A stretch of DNA of 64,000 nt from assembly GCA_007125585.1 (NCBI GenBank), contig SLCY01000067.1, positions 8,638 through 72,637 of the forward strand. The letters are read 5' to 3'. This document shows positions 9,424 through 18,974 of this stretch, one piece after another; the first letter of the stretch is position 1, and each line of letters opens with the position of its first letter. The DNA is from Bacteroidales bacterium. GTDB lineage: Bacteria; Bacteroidota; Bacteroidia; Bacteroidales; UBA7960. Position numbers and translations under genes: made by a program. Under the pieces are notes generated by a model that was not told where the DNA came from, did no database searches, and saw only the letters and a program-made list of their open reading frames with translations.

Positions 9424-10671
9424 TCATTTTTCCGGGTTCATCACGCGGCCGGCGAAGAGGATACTCTGGTTCACATTGTCTTTCACAAAGAACAGGAAAG
9501 GCCTGTTTGCCCTGAAAACAGTTGGCTGCTCAACTTCAATGGCTGTTTTTCTGATCACTACCACAGCAGTGGCAGCGGCTGCTTCAGTACCTTCCTCGGC
9601 CACCTCGATCATTGCCTGGTGGATCACCTTGTCAATTTTCAGTTCGAGGTCGCCCGACATGCCCGAAAAATCAGCCTCCCTGCTGAATGGCTTGGGCATG
9701 CCCATCTCAGCAAGCGTCTTTTCCAGGTCGAGCTTGGTCTCCGCCTCGAATCCCGGGATGATAACCTCCAGCTCTGTTTCCTTTAGGCTGTCTATGAGGT
9801 TGGCAAAAAATGCCGTATCCATCCGGGCTTCCACATCTTCCAGTGGAATGTCCTCAGAAGGGAGCACCAGTAACATGGAGAAAGTCTCACCTGCATAGGG
9901 TATCTCCAGTACCTGCATGTTATCGTCCCCGTAATAGGGCAGGGTGTCGCTGCGCTGCATAAAATCAGCCTTCACCGAGGTATTGTCGCGAAGGTAAAAC
10001 GTGTTTTCGCGGGTACGATCCTTGTCAAACTCCTTTAACCAGGCCCCGAGAAAGTGGATCGCATTGACCAGCACCAGGCGGGTGTCTTCTGTCAACACAT
10101 TGGGAGCAATTAATTCGCTTATTTTCTCGAGGGTCTCATCGTACACCCATTGATTGATATCATTGCGGATCTGCTCCCTGTTTCCTTCAAAATCGACCTG
10201 AAACGTTTCAGCATGGTAATGCGCCTCCACAATGTCAAAAAACGAATCCAGGAAATGGTAATCTTCCTGTGCCCACATTGAATTAGCTATATTGAGGTCT
10301 ATGTTGTCTTTCGCCAGTTCAAATATGGATTGCAGGTATTTGCCGTACGCCTGATGGAATTGTTCCTGGTCGCGGTCAAAATACATGACTTGCGCCATCT
10401 GTTCCAGGGTGGCTTCCCTTGCGCCTGCATAGGTCATGGCCAGGGCTGTTGAAATACTGAAGGGAGACACCACAAAGTTATCTTCCTCAAAAGGGATCTG
10501 ACGCATCAGATCAAAGGCAAATTGATTGTTTTGCATGGGGATCGATTGCTTGATTTCTTCAGCATCGTCAATGACCTGATCCGTGGCGGCTTTTTCATGC
10601 GTCCGGTGCGAACATCCGGCCATCATCACGACAAGTGCTGCTATGAATACGATTTGTTTGTTGGATTTCAT
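9424..10671 (-). CDS. Serpin-family serine protease inhibitor, probable lipoprotein
   Basis: It has a lipobox-like N-terminus (MKSNKQIVFIAALVVMMAGC). The serpin core reads NFVVSPFSISTALAMTYAGA. The hinge and reactive-centre loop read EEGTEAAAATAVVVIRKTAIE, followed by PFLFFVKD...ILFAGRVMNP. Confidence 0.85.
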   Translation of the reverse strand: MKSNKQIVFIAALVVMMAGCSHRTHEKAATDQVIDDAEEIKQSIPMQNNQFAFDLMRQIPFEEDNFVVSPFSISTALAMTYAGAREATLEQMAQVMYFDRDQEQFHQAYGKYLQSIFELAKDNIDLNIANSMWAQEDYHFLDSFFDIVEAHYHAETFQVDFEGNREQIRNDINQWVYDETLEKISELIAPNVLTEDTRLVLVNAIHFLGAWLKEFDKDRTRENTFYLRDNTSVKADFMQRSDTLPYYGDDNMQVLEIPYAGETFSMLLVLPSEDIPLEDVEARMDTAFFANLIDSLKETELEVIIPGFEAETKLDLEKTLAEMGMPKPFSREADFSGMSGDLELKIDKVIHQAMIEVAEEGTEAAAATAVVVIRKTAIEVEQPTVFRANRPFLFFVKDNVNQSILFAGRVMNPEK

Positions 10672-10703
10672 GGGTGAGGATCTTTACTGCCTGATTGTAT
10701 TTA

Positions 10704-10711
10704 CAAATATA
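10704..10711 (-). promoter_or_regulatory. Candidate -7 box (TAnnTTTG) for the serpin gene
   Basis: The plus strand reads caaatata, which is TATATTTG on the minus strand, 33 nt upstream of the ATG at 10671. Confidence 0.4.
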
Positions 10712-10891
10712 CATGAATTTTTTTCGTTCGAAATTACACACAGACGAATGAAAAAAATTTATGTGAAAGCGAAGCGTTCCTTAGCATTTTATATTTTTTT
10801 CAAAAAGTGCCGGTGGCTTTTACCAGAGATACGTGCAATTATTTTGCCAAAATTTATTCAGGACTTTCACACAATTGAGGATTCATTTTAC

Positions 10892-10899
10892 TAATTTTG
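10892..10899 (+). promoter_or_regulatory. Candidate -7 box (TAnnTTTG) for trxB
   Basis: TAATTTTG lies about 90 nt upstream of the trxB ATG. Confidence 0.35.
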
Positions 10900-10987
10900 T
10901 CCTGTTTTAACCAAATGCTGGTGGTTAATGAGTACCCGAGGTGCCAGAATTTTATAAAACATTGATCCTGTAAAAAAATCTTAGATC

Positions 10988-11926
10988 ATGAGTGATCAAC
11001 CGGAAAAAGTGAAGTGTTTGATACTGGGAAGCGGTCCGGCCGGCTACACGGCGGCCATTTATGCAGCCAGGGCTGATTTGAGGCCTGTAATGTACCAGGG
11101 TTTGCAACCCGGGGGGCAGCTGACCATTACCACCGATGTTGAGAACTATCCGGGCTATCCTGAAGGGGTAAAAGGTCCGGACATGATGGTGGATTTTCAG
11201 AAGCAGGCAGAGAGATTTGGTACAGACGTACGTTTTGGGCTTGCTACTTCCGTTGACTTATCCCGTCGTCCGTTTAAAATAGTTGTTGACGAGAAGAAAA
11301 CACTGTTGGCCGAGACGTTGATTGTAGCCACAGGTGCATCTGCCAGGTGGCTTGGCCTGGAATCGGAAGAGAAGTTCAATGGCTTTGGTGTGTCGGCATG
11401 TGCAACCTGCGATGGTTTCTTTTACCGGGGACAAACGGTTGCTGTCGTTGGCGGAGGTGATACAGCCTGTGAGGAAGCCTCTTATTTGTCGAAACTATGC
11501 AAGAAGGTTTACCTGATACACCGCCGGGATGAGCTTCGTGCATCCAAAGCCATGCAGCACCGGGTGATGAAAGCCAAAAATATAGAAATAATCTGGGATC
11601 ATGTTCCCAAAGAGATCGTGGGCGACAAAACCGTGAATGGTGTCATGATTGAAAATGTAAAAACCGGCAAGGTGACGCGTTTGGATGTGGAAGGATTTTT
11701 CGTGGCAATCGGGCACAATCCCAACAGCGATATCTTCAGGGGGCAGCTTGATATGGATGACAATGCTTATCTTATAACAGAGCCCGGTTCCACACGGACA
11801 AGCGTCCCCGGGGTGTTTGCTGCCGGGGATGTTCAGGACCATGTGTACCGTCAGGCGGTAACAGCTGCCGGAACAGGATGCATGGCCGCCATTGAGGCCG
11901 AAAGGTTCCTGGCCGACCAGGATTGA
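10988..11926 (+). CDS. trxB: Thioredoxin-disulfide reductase
   Basis: It has the GSGPAGYTAAIYAAR FAD motif, the redox-active CATCDG and a GGGDTACEEA NADPH motif. The product is 312 aa. Confidence 0.9.
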   Translation: MSDQPEKVKCLILGSGPAGYTAAIYAARADLRPVMYQGLQPGGQLTITTDVENYPGYPEGVKGPDMMVDFQKQAERFGTDVRFGLATSVDLSRRPFKIVVDEKKTLLAETLIVATGASARWLGLESEEKFNGFGVSACATCDGFFYRGQTVAVVGGGDTACEEASYLSKLCKKVYLIHRRDELRASKAMQHRVMKAKNIEIIWDHVPKEIVGDKTVNGVMIENVKTGKVTRLDVEGFFVAIGHNPNSDIFRGQLDMDDNAYLITEPGSTRTSVPGVFAAGDVQDHVYRQAVTAAGTGCMAAIEAERFLADQD

Positions 11927-11992
11927 CACCGGCTTCATTCGGGTGTTTGCCCATACCGGATATGAATAAGTGGCATTGTGCCGGCCTCCCCG

Positions 11993-13282
11993 TCAAATGT
12001 TTTTGCCTAAGATGGCGTGGCCCGCAACACAATTGAGGCACTTTCGCGGAATGCAATAATATTTATACAATTCAAGGAGCCCCTGCGATTCAGCCGCGCA
12101 TTTTGGAGACCCTGCAATTTGCAGCCAACGTTTTATAATTTGGTTTTGTTCCGGGGGCAGGGACATCAGCAGTTGAATGATGTATTCGGTCATTTCCGGT
12201 TTGTTTTTTTCCTTACCATACACAAATAATACCGGTGCCAGGGCATTGATCAGAATGGCATTGATGGTTTCCCGGCCAAGTTTTTTTTCGCGGCTGCCTG
12301 ATTGTTTGTCCAGGCGGTAGTGGTTGTTCCAATAACCCGATGGCGATACTGTCAACAGTCTGCTGTATGCGGATGTTTCTTTCATTCCCAGTATTTTATT
12401 GAACAACTGTCCATGGTGGAGATGGTAAATCATGGCCAGTTGTGCAATTCTAAGATCGGGGAACCCCGCAGGACGCATTCTGGCGTATTTCCAGAGGTTT
12501 GTCTGTAGAGGCTGGGGCAGTGGGTATTTCTTCTTGAGATACCGGTATTCGTTTTGAAGCATGCAGGGGTAATATTCTGAAAAATCTTTTTCCAGCAATC
12601 CGGCTTGTCCGAGAAGTAAAGCTTCCAGTACCGTCAGCTGGTCATAATTCCTGGCGAGTACCCGGTAGGGGATCCTCTGCACCAGCATTCCAAAGGTCGT
12701 TGCATTGGCCTTTCCTCCAAGCTGCCGGCAGAGCATGAACAGGAACAGTTGTTCCCAGTGGTGGCTAAAATAGTGCAGGTATTGAACCACTTCTTTGGTC
12801 TTTCTTTCCAGACGGCATACCGACAGGCGGTACAGCCAATGTTTGAATACCAATGGATCTACCCTGTCCATCAGATTCTCGCATGGAATCCAGCTTTTGC
12901 TTCCAAGGAGTAAACGATAATTTTGCTGTAACCCCTGATCAAAATATGACTTCACCTCAAGATGCGTAAGGGGTTCGCCTTGCTGGTTAACCACTTCTTT
13001 ATCAAACAGATAAACTACATGCAGGATGATGTTGTTGTATGCATGGTCTTCGTGGTGACCGTGTGCGAACCATGATGAGGAACGTACATGGACCTCCACG
13101 TTTCCAACCCAAAGCGTATCCCCGATTCGCACCCTTGCTGCAAAAAAATCCGGCCCCGCATGCATGTTTTCCTGACCGGGATCCAGTATTTCGACCGGCT
13201 CCCCCCTGACAGAAAACATGGGATGGGGTTTTGCACGCAAAAGCCTGTGCTTCCATAAATAGGCAATAAAATCTTCTCTCAT
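11993..13282 (-). CDS. DUF2851-family protein
   Basis: The internal ATG at 13282 gives MREDFIAYLWKHRLL..., the typical N-terminus of this Bacteroidota family. The AT-rich extension in the ORF track (to 13336) is unlikely to be coding. Confidence 0.55.
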   Translation of the reverse strand: MREDFIAYLWKHRLLRAKPHPMFSVRGEPVEILDPGQENMHAGPDFFAARVRIGDTLWVGNVEVHVRSSSWFAHGHHEDHAYNNIILHVVYLFDKEVVNQQGEPLTHLEVKSYFDQGLQQNYRLLLGSKSWIPCENLMDRVDPLVFKHWLYRLSVCRLERKTKEVVQYLHYFSHHWEQLFLFMLCRQLGGKANATTFGMLVQRIPYRVLARNYDQLTVLEALLLGQAGLLEKDFSEYYPCMLQNEYRYLKKKYPLPQPLQTNLWKYARMRPAGFPDLRIAQLAMIYHLHHGQLFNKILGMKETSAYSRLLTVSPSGYWNNHYRLDKQSGSREKKLGRETINAILINALAPVLFVYGKEKNKPEMTEYIIQLLMSLPPEQNQIIKRWLQIAGSPKCAAESQGLLELYKYYCIPRKCLNCVAGHAILGKNI

Positions 13283-13311
13283 TAAAAATAAAAATGTATA
13301 ATATAAAAATA

Positions 13312-13319
13312 CAAATATA
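13312..13319 (-). promoter_or_regulatory. Candidate -7 box for the DUF2851 gene
   Basis: The plus strand reads caaatata, which is TATATTTG on the minus strand, 30 nt upstream of the ATG at 13282. Confidence 0.4.
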
Positions 13320-13513
13320 AATACAAATATTAACAATAAAAAAAATCATGTATTTAAATTGTTTATTTTTCAATGTTTTGTTTTAGAATAAAATATTTCG
13401 TATTTTTGATTAGAGCAATTGGTCCTTTTTCCTGAAGAAAGCCGCATTGTGTTTCAGTATTTACTAAAGGGTGATTCTGGGAGAAACGGCATTGCTTTTA
13501 CAAAAAAAACATG

Positions 13514-13521
13514 TATATTTG
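13514..13521 (+). promoter_or_regulatory. Candidate -7 box for the coiled-coil/zapA operon
   Basis: TATATTTG lies 26 nt upstream of the ATG at 13547. Confidence 0.45.
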
Positions 13522-13546
13522 TCACAGCATTAAATACCCTGGATGA

Positions 13547-13831
13547 ATGGATGAACTGATGCTGATTGTTGAGGGGGTTCAAAACAAAATCAGGAAGCTG
13601 ATCATTCGCAACAATCAGTTAAAGGAGAGAGCACAAAGCCTGGAGGTTGAAAACGGAAGTTTGAAGGAGGACCTGAAAACTTCTGCACAACGGATCGCTC
13701 AGCTGGAAAATGATCTGACGGAATTGCAGGCGGCAAAAATGCTGGAAAGTGCTGATCCATTGAGGGCAAAGCAAAAGATCAATGAACTTTTGCGGGAAAT
13801 CGAAAAAACAACCGTGCTTTTAAACAGATAG
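13547..13831 (+). CDS. Small coiled-coil protein (possibly a ZapB-like division accessory protein)
   Basis: The 94-aa product has a heptad-like Leu/Glu/Lys pattern throughout. It sits directly upstream of zapA with a 10-nt gap. Confidence 0.45.
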   Translation: MDELMLIVEGVQNKIRKLIIRNNQLKERAQSLEVENGSLKEDLKTSAQRIAQLENDLTELQAAKMLESADPLRAKQKINELLREIEKTTVLLNR

Positions 13832-13841
13832 GCACTGTTCT

Positions 13842-14138
13842 ATGAGAGATCAACTTATATCAGTTATAATTGCAGAGCGTCCTTACAGGCTGACGGTCAA
13901 TAGTGAAGGTGAAGAAGAAGTATTCAGGAAGGCAGCAAGGCTGGTAGATGACAAAATGCAGGAATATGCAAGAAATTATGCGTTTCGTGACAAGCAGGAT
14001 TTACTGGCCATGGTCAATCTACAATTTGCCGTTGAATATTTACGTTTAGATAATAAAGCCGTGGAGCAACGCAGCGTGCGTGAACAACTGATAAAAGTTG
14101 AACAATTATTGGACAAATGTCTGCTTGAGGAAAGCTAA
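13842..14138 (+). CDS. zapA: Cell division protein ZapA
   Basis: The 98-aa product reads ISVIIAERPYRLTVNSEGEEEVFRKAARLVDDKMQEY...LLAMVNLQFA, the typical ZapA pattern. Confidence 0.75.
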   Translation: MRDQLISVIIAERPYRLTVNSEGEEEVFRKAARLVDDKMQEYARNYAFRDKQDLLAMVNLQFAVEYLRLDNKAVEQRSVREQLIKVEQLLDKCLLEES

Positions 14139-14163
14139 ACGTTCTTTGAAAACATTTCGATAT

Positions 14164-14371
14164 AACCCGCATTAATTCAAATGCACGTTTTTGAAACTCA
14201 ACATTACTAAACTTTAGGGTAAGTTTTGGGGTTTCTAGAACAGGCCTTAATACTGCAGGGCAACTTGCAGTATCCCCGAAAGGGGCATTGGACGTTCGAC
14301 AAATCCTGACCCCCTAATCTTGTATACTTGGGGTTTCATAAAACCTCATTGAATTCAATGCGGGTTTTTTT
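14164..14371 (+). ncRNA. Structured RNA candidate with 6S-like architecture (alternatively a structured rny leader)
   Basis: Nt 14164-14183 pair with 14347-14366 (19 bp, two 1-nt bulges). Nt 14187-14197 pair with 14333-14344 (10 bp). An internal loop of about 16/15 nt follows, then TTAGGG 14214-14219 pairs with CCCTAA 14312-14317. Apical hairpins sit at 14252-14271 and 14274-14285 (CCCC-GAAA-GGGG). The 3' arm runs into a T7 tract at 14365-14371. Confidence 0.45.
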
Positions 14372-14386
14372 ATTAATATACACCAA

Positions 14387-15958
14387 ATGATTTACGATAT
14401 GATGATAATTTTAACCGTAAGTGTCACTGCCGTCATTGTGATATCGGCCATATCCCTGGGTTTGGGGGTGTTGATTGCTGGTACCGTCATGCGGAAGACC
14501 ATCATCCGCAAGAGCCAGCATATTCTTAAGGAGGCGGTGACAGAATCGGAAGTATTAAAAAAGGAGAAAATACTGCAGGCAAAAGAAAAATTCCTGCAGC
14601 TTAAGGCCGAGCATGAAAAATATGTTTCCGAAAGCAACCAGAAATTAGCCCTTGCTGAAAACAGGTTAAAACAAAGGGAATCAGGTTTTTCTCAAAAAAT
14701 GGAAGATCTGCAGCGTAAGCAGAAAGAGGTTGCCACGATTCGGGAAAACCTTAACAATCAGCTGGAGATCTTGAACAAGAAACAGGTCGAGCTTGACCGG
14801 AGTTACAAACAGCAACTGGAGCAGCTGGAGGCCATCAGCGGCATGTCCGTTCAGGAGGCCAAGCTGCAACTGGTTGAAGCGCTTAAGGTAGAAGCCCAGG
14901 CTGATGCCCAGGCATTTGTGAAAGAGGTGATGGAGGAAGCCAGGCTTTCGGCGAATAATGAGGCCAGAAAGCTTGTTGTTCAATCCTTGCAGCGTACTGC
15001 CACCGAGGTGGCCATTGAAAACTCCGTGTCTGTTTTTCCGATCGAAAGTGATGAGATCAAGGGTCGCATCATCGGCCGCGAGGGCCGTAACATCAGGGCC
15101 CTGGAAGCTGCAACCGGGGTGGAGATCATCGTTGACGACACCCCGGAAGCTATCATCCTCAGCGGCTTTGACCCGGTGCGCAGGGAGATCGCGCGGCTTT
15201 CATTGCATAAACTCGTTACCGATGGCCGTATCCATCCGGCGCGCATCGAAGAAGTGGTTGCCAAAACGCAAAAGCAGATTGATCAGGAAATCATGGAGAT
15301 CGGGAAACGCACGGCGATCGACCTGGGGATCCACGGCATGCACCACGAGTTGCTGCGACTGGTAGGAAAAATGAAGTACCGCTCCTCTTATGGGCAAAAC
15401 CTCTTGCAGCATTCAAAGGAAGTTGCAAACCTGGCCGCCACCATGGCCTCTGAGCTCGGATTAAACCCAAAAGTTGCAAAAAGAGCCGCACTGTTGCACG
15501 ATATCGGCAAGGTGCCTGACAATGAACCGGAATTGCCCCATGCGGTCCTGGGGATGAAACTGGCAGAGAAATACAAGGAAAAACCTGAAGTATGCAATGC
15601 CATTGGCTCTCACCATGACGAGGTGGAGATGAGCAGCCTGATATCGCCCATCATCCAGGTCTGTGATGCCATTTCAGGGGCCCGTCCGGGTGCACGCCGC
15701 GAAGTGGTGGAATCCTATATCAAGCGCCTGAATGACCTTGAAGAACTGGCACTGTCCTATCCTGGCGTGGTGAAAACTTACGCCATCCAGGCCGGCCGCG
15801 AACTGCGGGTCATCGTGGGCAGCGAGAAGATAACCGACGCCGAGGCCGAACAGATATCACAAGACCTCAGCAAGAAGATACAGACCGAAATGACCTATCC
15901 GGGGCAGATCAAAATCACCGTGATACGGGAAACACGCGCTGTGGCATACGCCAAGTAG
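14387..15958 (+). CDS. rny: Ribonuclease Y
   Basis: The 523-aa product has an N-terminal TM segment, a coiled coil, a KH domain ([15 protein letters not shown]) and an HD domain (LLHDIGK...GSHHD). Confidence 0.9.
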   Translation: MIYDMMIILTVSVTAVIVISAISLGLGVLIAGTVMRKTIIRKSQHILKEAVTESEVLKKEKILQAKEKFLQLKAEHEKYVSESNQKLALAENRLKQRESGFSQKMEDLQRKQKEVATIRENLNNQLEILNKKQVELDRSYKQQLEQLEAISGMSVQEAKLQLVEALKVEAQADAQAFVKEVMEEARLSANNEARKLVVQSLQRTATEVAIENSVSVFPIESDEIKGRIIGREGRNIRALEAATGVEIIVDDTPEAIILSGFDPVRREIARLSLHKLVTDGRIHPARIEEVVAKTQKQIDQEIMEIGKRTAIDLGIHGMHHELLRLVGKMKYRSSYGQNLLQHSKEVANLAATMASELGLNPKVAKRAALLHDIGKVPDNEPELPHAVLGMKLAEKYKEKPEVCNAIGSHHDEVEMSSLISPIIQVCDAISGARPGARREVVESYIKRLNDLEELALSYPGVVKTYAIQAGRELRVIVGSEKITDAEAEQISQDLSKKIQTEMTYPGQIKITVIRETRAVAYAK

Positions 15959-16157
15959 GACGTTTTTTAAACAATTCTGATTTTGGCCCTGTTCTTTCAC
16001 CGGATCATGGTAAAGTATTTTATGTTTTTTACCCCTATAGCATAAACATTTTGAAAGATTATCTGTTCTTAAGAGCAAAGGACCCCTCTGGGGCCTTAAA
16101 TCGTGATTTGTATAAAAGCAACATGATTGTTTTATTATATCATAACATCCCCAGGCC

Positions 16158-16661
16158 ATGAGAACGATTGTATCAGCTTTCATGATTGCTCTTTTACTTG
16201 TTCCGGCTACCCTTGCCGTTTCAGCAGAACTGAAAAAATCTGCAGCTGACATTGAGGTCGTCGATTTTGATGCCTTTGCCCCGCGCCTGGAAATGGACAA
16301 TGACTCCCTGTATGTGATCAACTTCTGGGCAACCTGGTGTGCTCCCTGTGTCAGGGAGATCCCTGCTTTTGACAAGCTGCATGAGACCTATAAGGACAAA
16401 AAGGTGAAAGTGTTGCTGGTCAGTCTTGACAATCCCGATCATATAGATAACAGGGTTATCCCATTCATTGAAAACCATAACGTACAAAGCGAGGTCATTT
16501 TATTGGATGAACCCAACGCCAATCGCTGGATCCCCCTGGTAAGCGAAAAGTGGAGCGGCGCCATACCCGCCACGGTAATCTATTCCGGCTCTTTTCGCGG
16601 TTTTTATGAAAGGGAGTTCAAATATGAAGAACTGGAAGAAATCATCATCCCTCTATTGTAA
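16158..16661 (+). CDS. TlpA-family thiol-disulfide oxidoreductase (thioredoxin fold), secreted
   Basis: It has a signal peptide and the motif FWATWCAPC. Confidence 0.75.
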   Translation: MRTIVSAFMIALLLVPATLAVSAELKKSAADIEVVDFDAFAPRLEMDNDSLYVINFWATWCAPCVREIPAFDKLHETYKDKKVKVLLVSLDNPDHIDNRVIPFIENHNVQSEVILLDEPNANRWIPLVSEKWSGAIPATVIYSGSFRGFYEREFKYEELEEIIIPLL

Positions 16662-16698
16662 GGATCATTTAACCTTTTATTAACCAAACTTTTTAACG

Positions 16699-17298
16699 AT
16701 GAAACAATTATTTCTTATGCTGTTTGTGGCTCTGTTCAGTACAGGCCTTGTTGCCCAGGGATACGAGGTTGGCGATGTGGCCACCGACTTTCACCTGCTG
16801 AACGTTGACGGAAACCATGTTTCCATGTCCGATTATGAAGATGCCAAAGGCATTGTGCTCATTTTCTCCTGTAACCATTGTCCGTATGTGGTTGCCTATG
16901 AAGACAGGATGATAGAGTTGCATAAGGCCTATGCCCCAAAGGGTTTTCCGGTGATCGCTGTCAATCCGAACGATACCATCGCAGAACCGCGCGACTCTTA
17001 TACAAAAATGATCGAACGCGCTGAAGAGAAGAACTTCCCTTTCGCTTACCTGATAGATGCAGATCAGACCATATACCCGCAGTATGGGGCGACAAGGACA
17101 CCACATGTGTTTTTGCTCGAGAAAGTCGGGGAGGAGTTCGTTGTGGCATACATTGGGGCCATCGACGATAACTACCGCGACGCTGATGCAGTGGAAACAC
17201 CTTATCTGGCAAACGCCATCGATGCTTTGCTCGCAGGAGAAACACCCGACCCCACCTTTACAAGGGCTATCGGATGTACGATCAAAGTCAGGCAATAG
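16699..17298 (+). CDS. Thioredoxin-fold (redoxin/AhpC-TSA-like) protein, secreted
   Basis: It has a signal peptide, and the motif FSCNHCPYV provides a CxxC in a redoxin-like context. Confidence 0.65.
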   Translation: MKQLFLMLFVALFSTGLVAQGYEVGDVATDFHLLNVDGNHVSMSDYEDAKGIVLIFSCNHCPYVVAYEDRMIELHKAYAPKGFPVIAVNPNDTIAEPRDSYTKMIERAEEKNFPFAYLIDADQTIYPQYGATRTPHVFLLEKVGEEFVVAYIGAIDDNYRDADAVETPYLANAIDALLAGETPDPTFTRAIGCTIKVRQ

Positions 17299-17457
17299 CC
17301 AGCAACAACAGGTTTTTTTGTTCAGATGACAGGCTGCTGGCAACATCCATGCCGGAGCCTGTCTTCATTTTTACCATGTTACTGTGAAAAAAACCAGGTC
17401 GCGGTGATGATTTTGCGTACCTTTGCCGAAAGCATTTCTGCCGTAAATAAAAACCTC

Positions 17458-18180
17458 ATGGCAACAGAAACCATCCGGATAGAGTCGTTAAGCAAGAATT
17501 ACAAGGTTGGGCTGGAGGTTGTGCGCGCATTACGCGGGGTTTCCATAACCATAAATCGCAACGAGTACGTCGCGCTGATGGGGCCTTCCGGTTCCGGGAA
17601 GTCCACATTGATGAATATCCTTGGCTGCCTTGACACACCGACCAGTGGACGCTATTTTCTGAATGGAAAAGATGTCAGCAAATTGCAGGATAATGAGCTG
17701 GCAGATATCCGTAACAAGGAGATTGGCTTTGTTTTCCAGACTTTCAATTTGCTCCCCAGAAGCACCGCGCTGGACAATGTTGCCTTGCCGTTGATATATG
17801 CCGGAAGGACAAAACAGGCACGTCAGCAGCGGGCCCTGGATGTGCTCGCCCAGGTCGGGCTCGCTGACCGCACCCATCATAAGCCCAACGAGCTTTCCGG
17901 GGGGCAGCGCCAAAGGGTTGCAATGGCCCGGGCACTGGTGAACAACCCGTCAATCATACTGGCCGATGAGCCCACAGGAAACCTGGACACCAATACATCC
18001 ATTGAGATCATGGGGCTGTTGCAGGATATCCATTATGCAGGCAATACCATCATTTTGGTGACCCACGAAGAAGCCATCGCCAAACATGCTCACCGCATCA
18101 TCCGGTTGCGCGACGGACAGGTAGAATCGGATGAGGTCAACAGCGAGATCGTTACCCTGGAAAAGAGCAGGGAGAATTAA
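17458..18180 (+). CDS. ABC transporter ATP-binding protein (MacB/LolD-like subfamily)
   Basis: The start is taken at the internal ATG 17458 ([16 protein letters not shown]). It has Walker [10 protein letters not shown], the signature [15 protein letters not shown] and Walker [12 protein letters not shown]. Confidence 0.85.
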   Translation: MATETIRIESLSKNYKVGLEVVRALRGVSITINRNEYVALMGPSGSGKSTLMNILGCLDTPTSGRYFLNGKDVSKLQDNELADIRNKEIGFVFQTFNLLPRSTALDNVALPLIYAGRTKQARQQRALDVLAQVGLADRTHHKPNELSGGQRQRVAMARALVNNPSIILADEPTGNLDTNTSIEIMGLLQDIHYAGNTIILVTHEEAIAKHAHRIIRLRDGQVESDEVNSEIVTLEKSREN

Positions 18181-18341
18181 CAAGACGCTGGTTCCCGACC
18201 CGCACACATAGCCCTTTACCGGCAATATGATGATTACACAGGCATTTTTAACAACGCAGAAGACCGGTAAGGGTGACACTGGATAAATAGGATTTACGGG
18301 AAATATCCTGTGAAGATGCGTTTTTTACAGAGTCAGATATC

Positions 18342-18899
18342 ATGAAAGAGTGGAAAATTTACACCAAAACCGGTGACAAAGGTGAAACATCCTTGCTGGG
18401 CGGCCGCCGTGTGCCCAAACATCACCTGAAGATTGAAGCCTATGGCACCGCTGATGAGCTGAATGCCTTCATCGGGCTTTTGCGTGACCAGGAGATAGCC
18501 CCTCACCATAAGGATGCATTGCTGGAGATCCAGGACAGGGTCTTTACCGCAGAATCCCTCCTGGCATGCGACGAAGGTTGTCAGCCTGATTACCTTCCCA
18601 ACCTGTATGAAGATGATGTCCTTTTGTTGGAAAAGGAGATTGATCACATGAATCAGGGCCTTCCGGAGCTGAGTCACTTTATACTGCCGGGAGGCCATCC
18701 TGCAGTCTCCTATGCCCATGTATGCCGGACCGTATGCCGCAGAGCGGAACGAATCGTCACCCAACTTGCCGAACATGACAAAACAGATGAACTTGTCATC
18801 CGGTATTTCAATCGCCTGTCCGATTATTTCTTCGTTCTGGCGCGCAGGATTGCCCACGATATGGATATATCCGATATTGAATGGAAAGCAAGGAAGTGA
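18342..18899 (+). CDS. PduO-type ATP:cob(I)alamin adenosyltransferase
   Basis: The N-terminus KIYTKTGDKGETSLLGGRRVPKHHLKIEAYGTADELNAFIG is the typical N-terminus of this family. The product is 185 aa. Confidence 0.8.
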   Translation: MKEWKIYTKTGDKGETSLLGGRRVPKHHLKIEAYGTADELNAFIGLLRDQEIAPHHKDALLEIQDRVFTAESLLACDEGCQPDYLPNLYEDDVLLLEKEIDHMNQGLPELSHFILPGGHPAVSYAHVCRTVCRRAERIVTQLAEHDKTDELVIRYFNRLSDYFFVLARRIAHDMDISDIEWKARK

Positions 18900-18955
18900 G
18901 CTGGCGGCCCAGTGAACTATTATCAAAAATATTTTGTCCTGTTGATCGAAAATAT

Positions 18956-18963
18956 TACTTTTG
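18956..18963 (+). promoter_or_regulatory. Candidate -7 box for tRNA-Pro
   Basis: TACTTTTG ends 11 nt before the first tRNA nucleotide. Confidence 0.5.
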
Positions 18964-18974
18964 CAACGCAAAAT

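Noticed and set aside
13283-13546. Replication origin in the AT-rich spacer.
   Set aside because: I saw no cluster of DnaA-box-like 9-mers. There is no dnaA, dnaN or other origin-linked gene nearby. The region is better explained as a divergent promoter.
17326-17457. N-terminal extensions of the longest ORFs. Examples are 17326 (ABC ATPase), 58044 (aminotransferase), 37697 (dapD), 6760 (barrel gene), 13336 (DUF2851), 21757 (MFS), 21770 (tatA), 30609 (nusB), 33007 (coaE), 56819 (rarA) and 61453 (methyltransferase).
   Set aside because: The extensions overlap neighbouring genes or promoter boxes. They are Cys/Arg-rich or AT-rich low-complexity sequence. The conserved N-terminal motifs of each family begin at an internal ATG.
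18181-18341. Possible cobalamin riboswitch upstream of the PduO-type adenosyltransferase gene. There is a long-range complementarity between CCCTTTACCGG (18212-18222) and CCGGTAAGGG (18264-18273).
   Set aside because: The spacer is only about 160 nt. I could not find a B12-box-like core or the other conserved junction sequences. Adenosyltransferase genes are not typical targets of this riboswitch. One 10-bp complementarity is not sufficient evidence.
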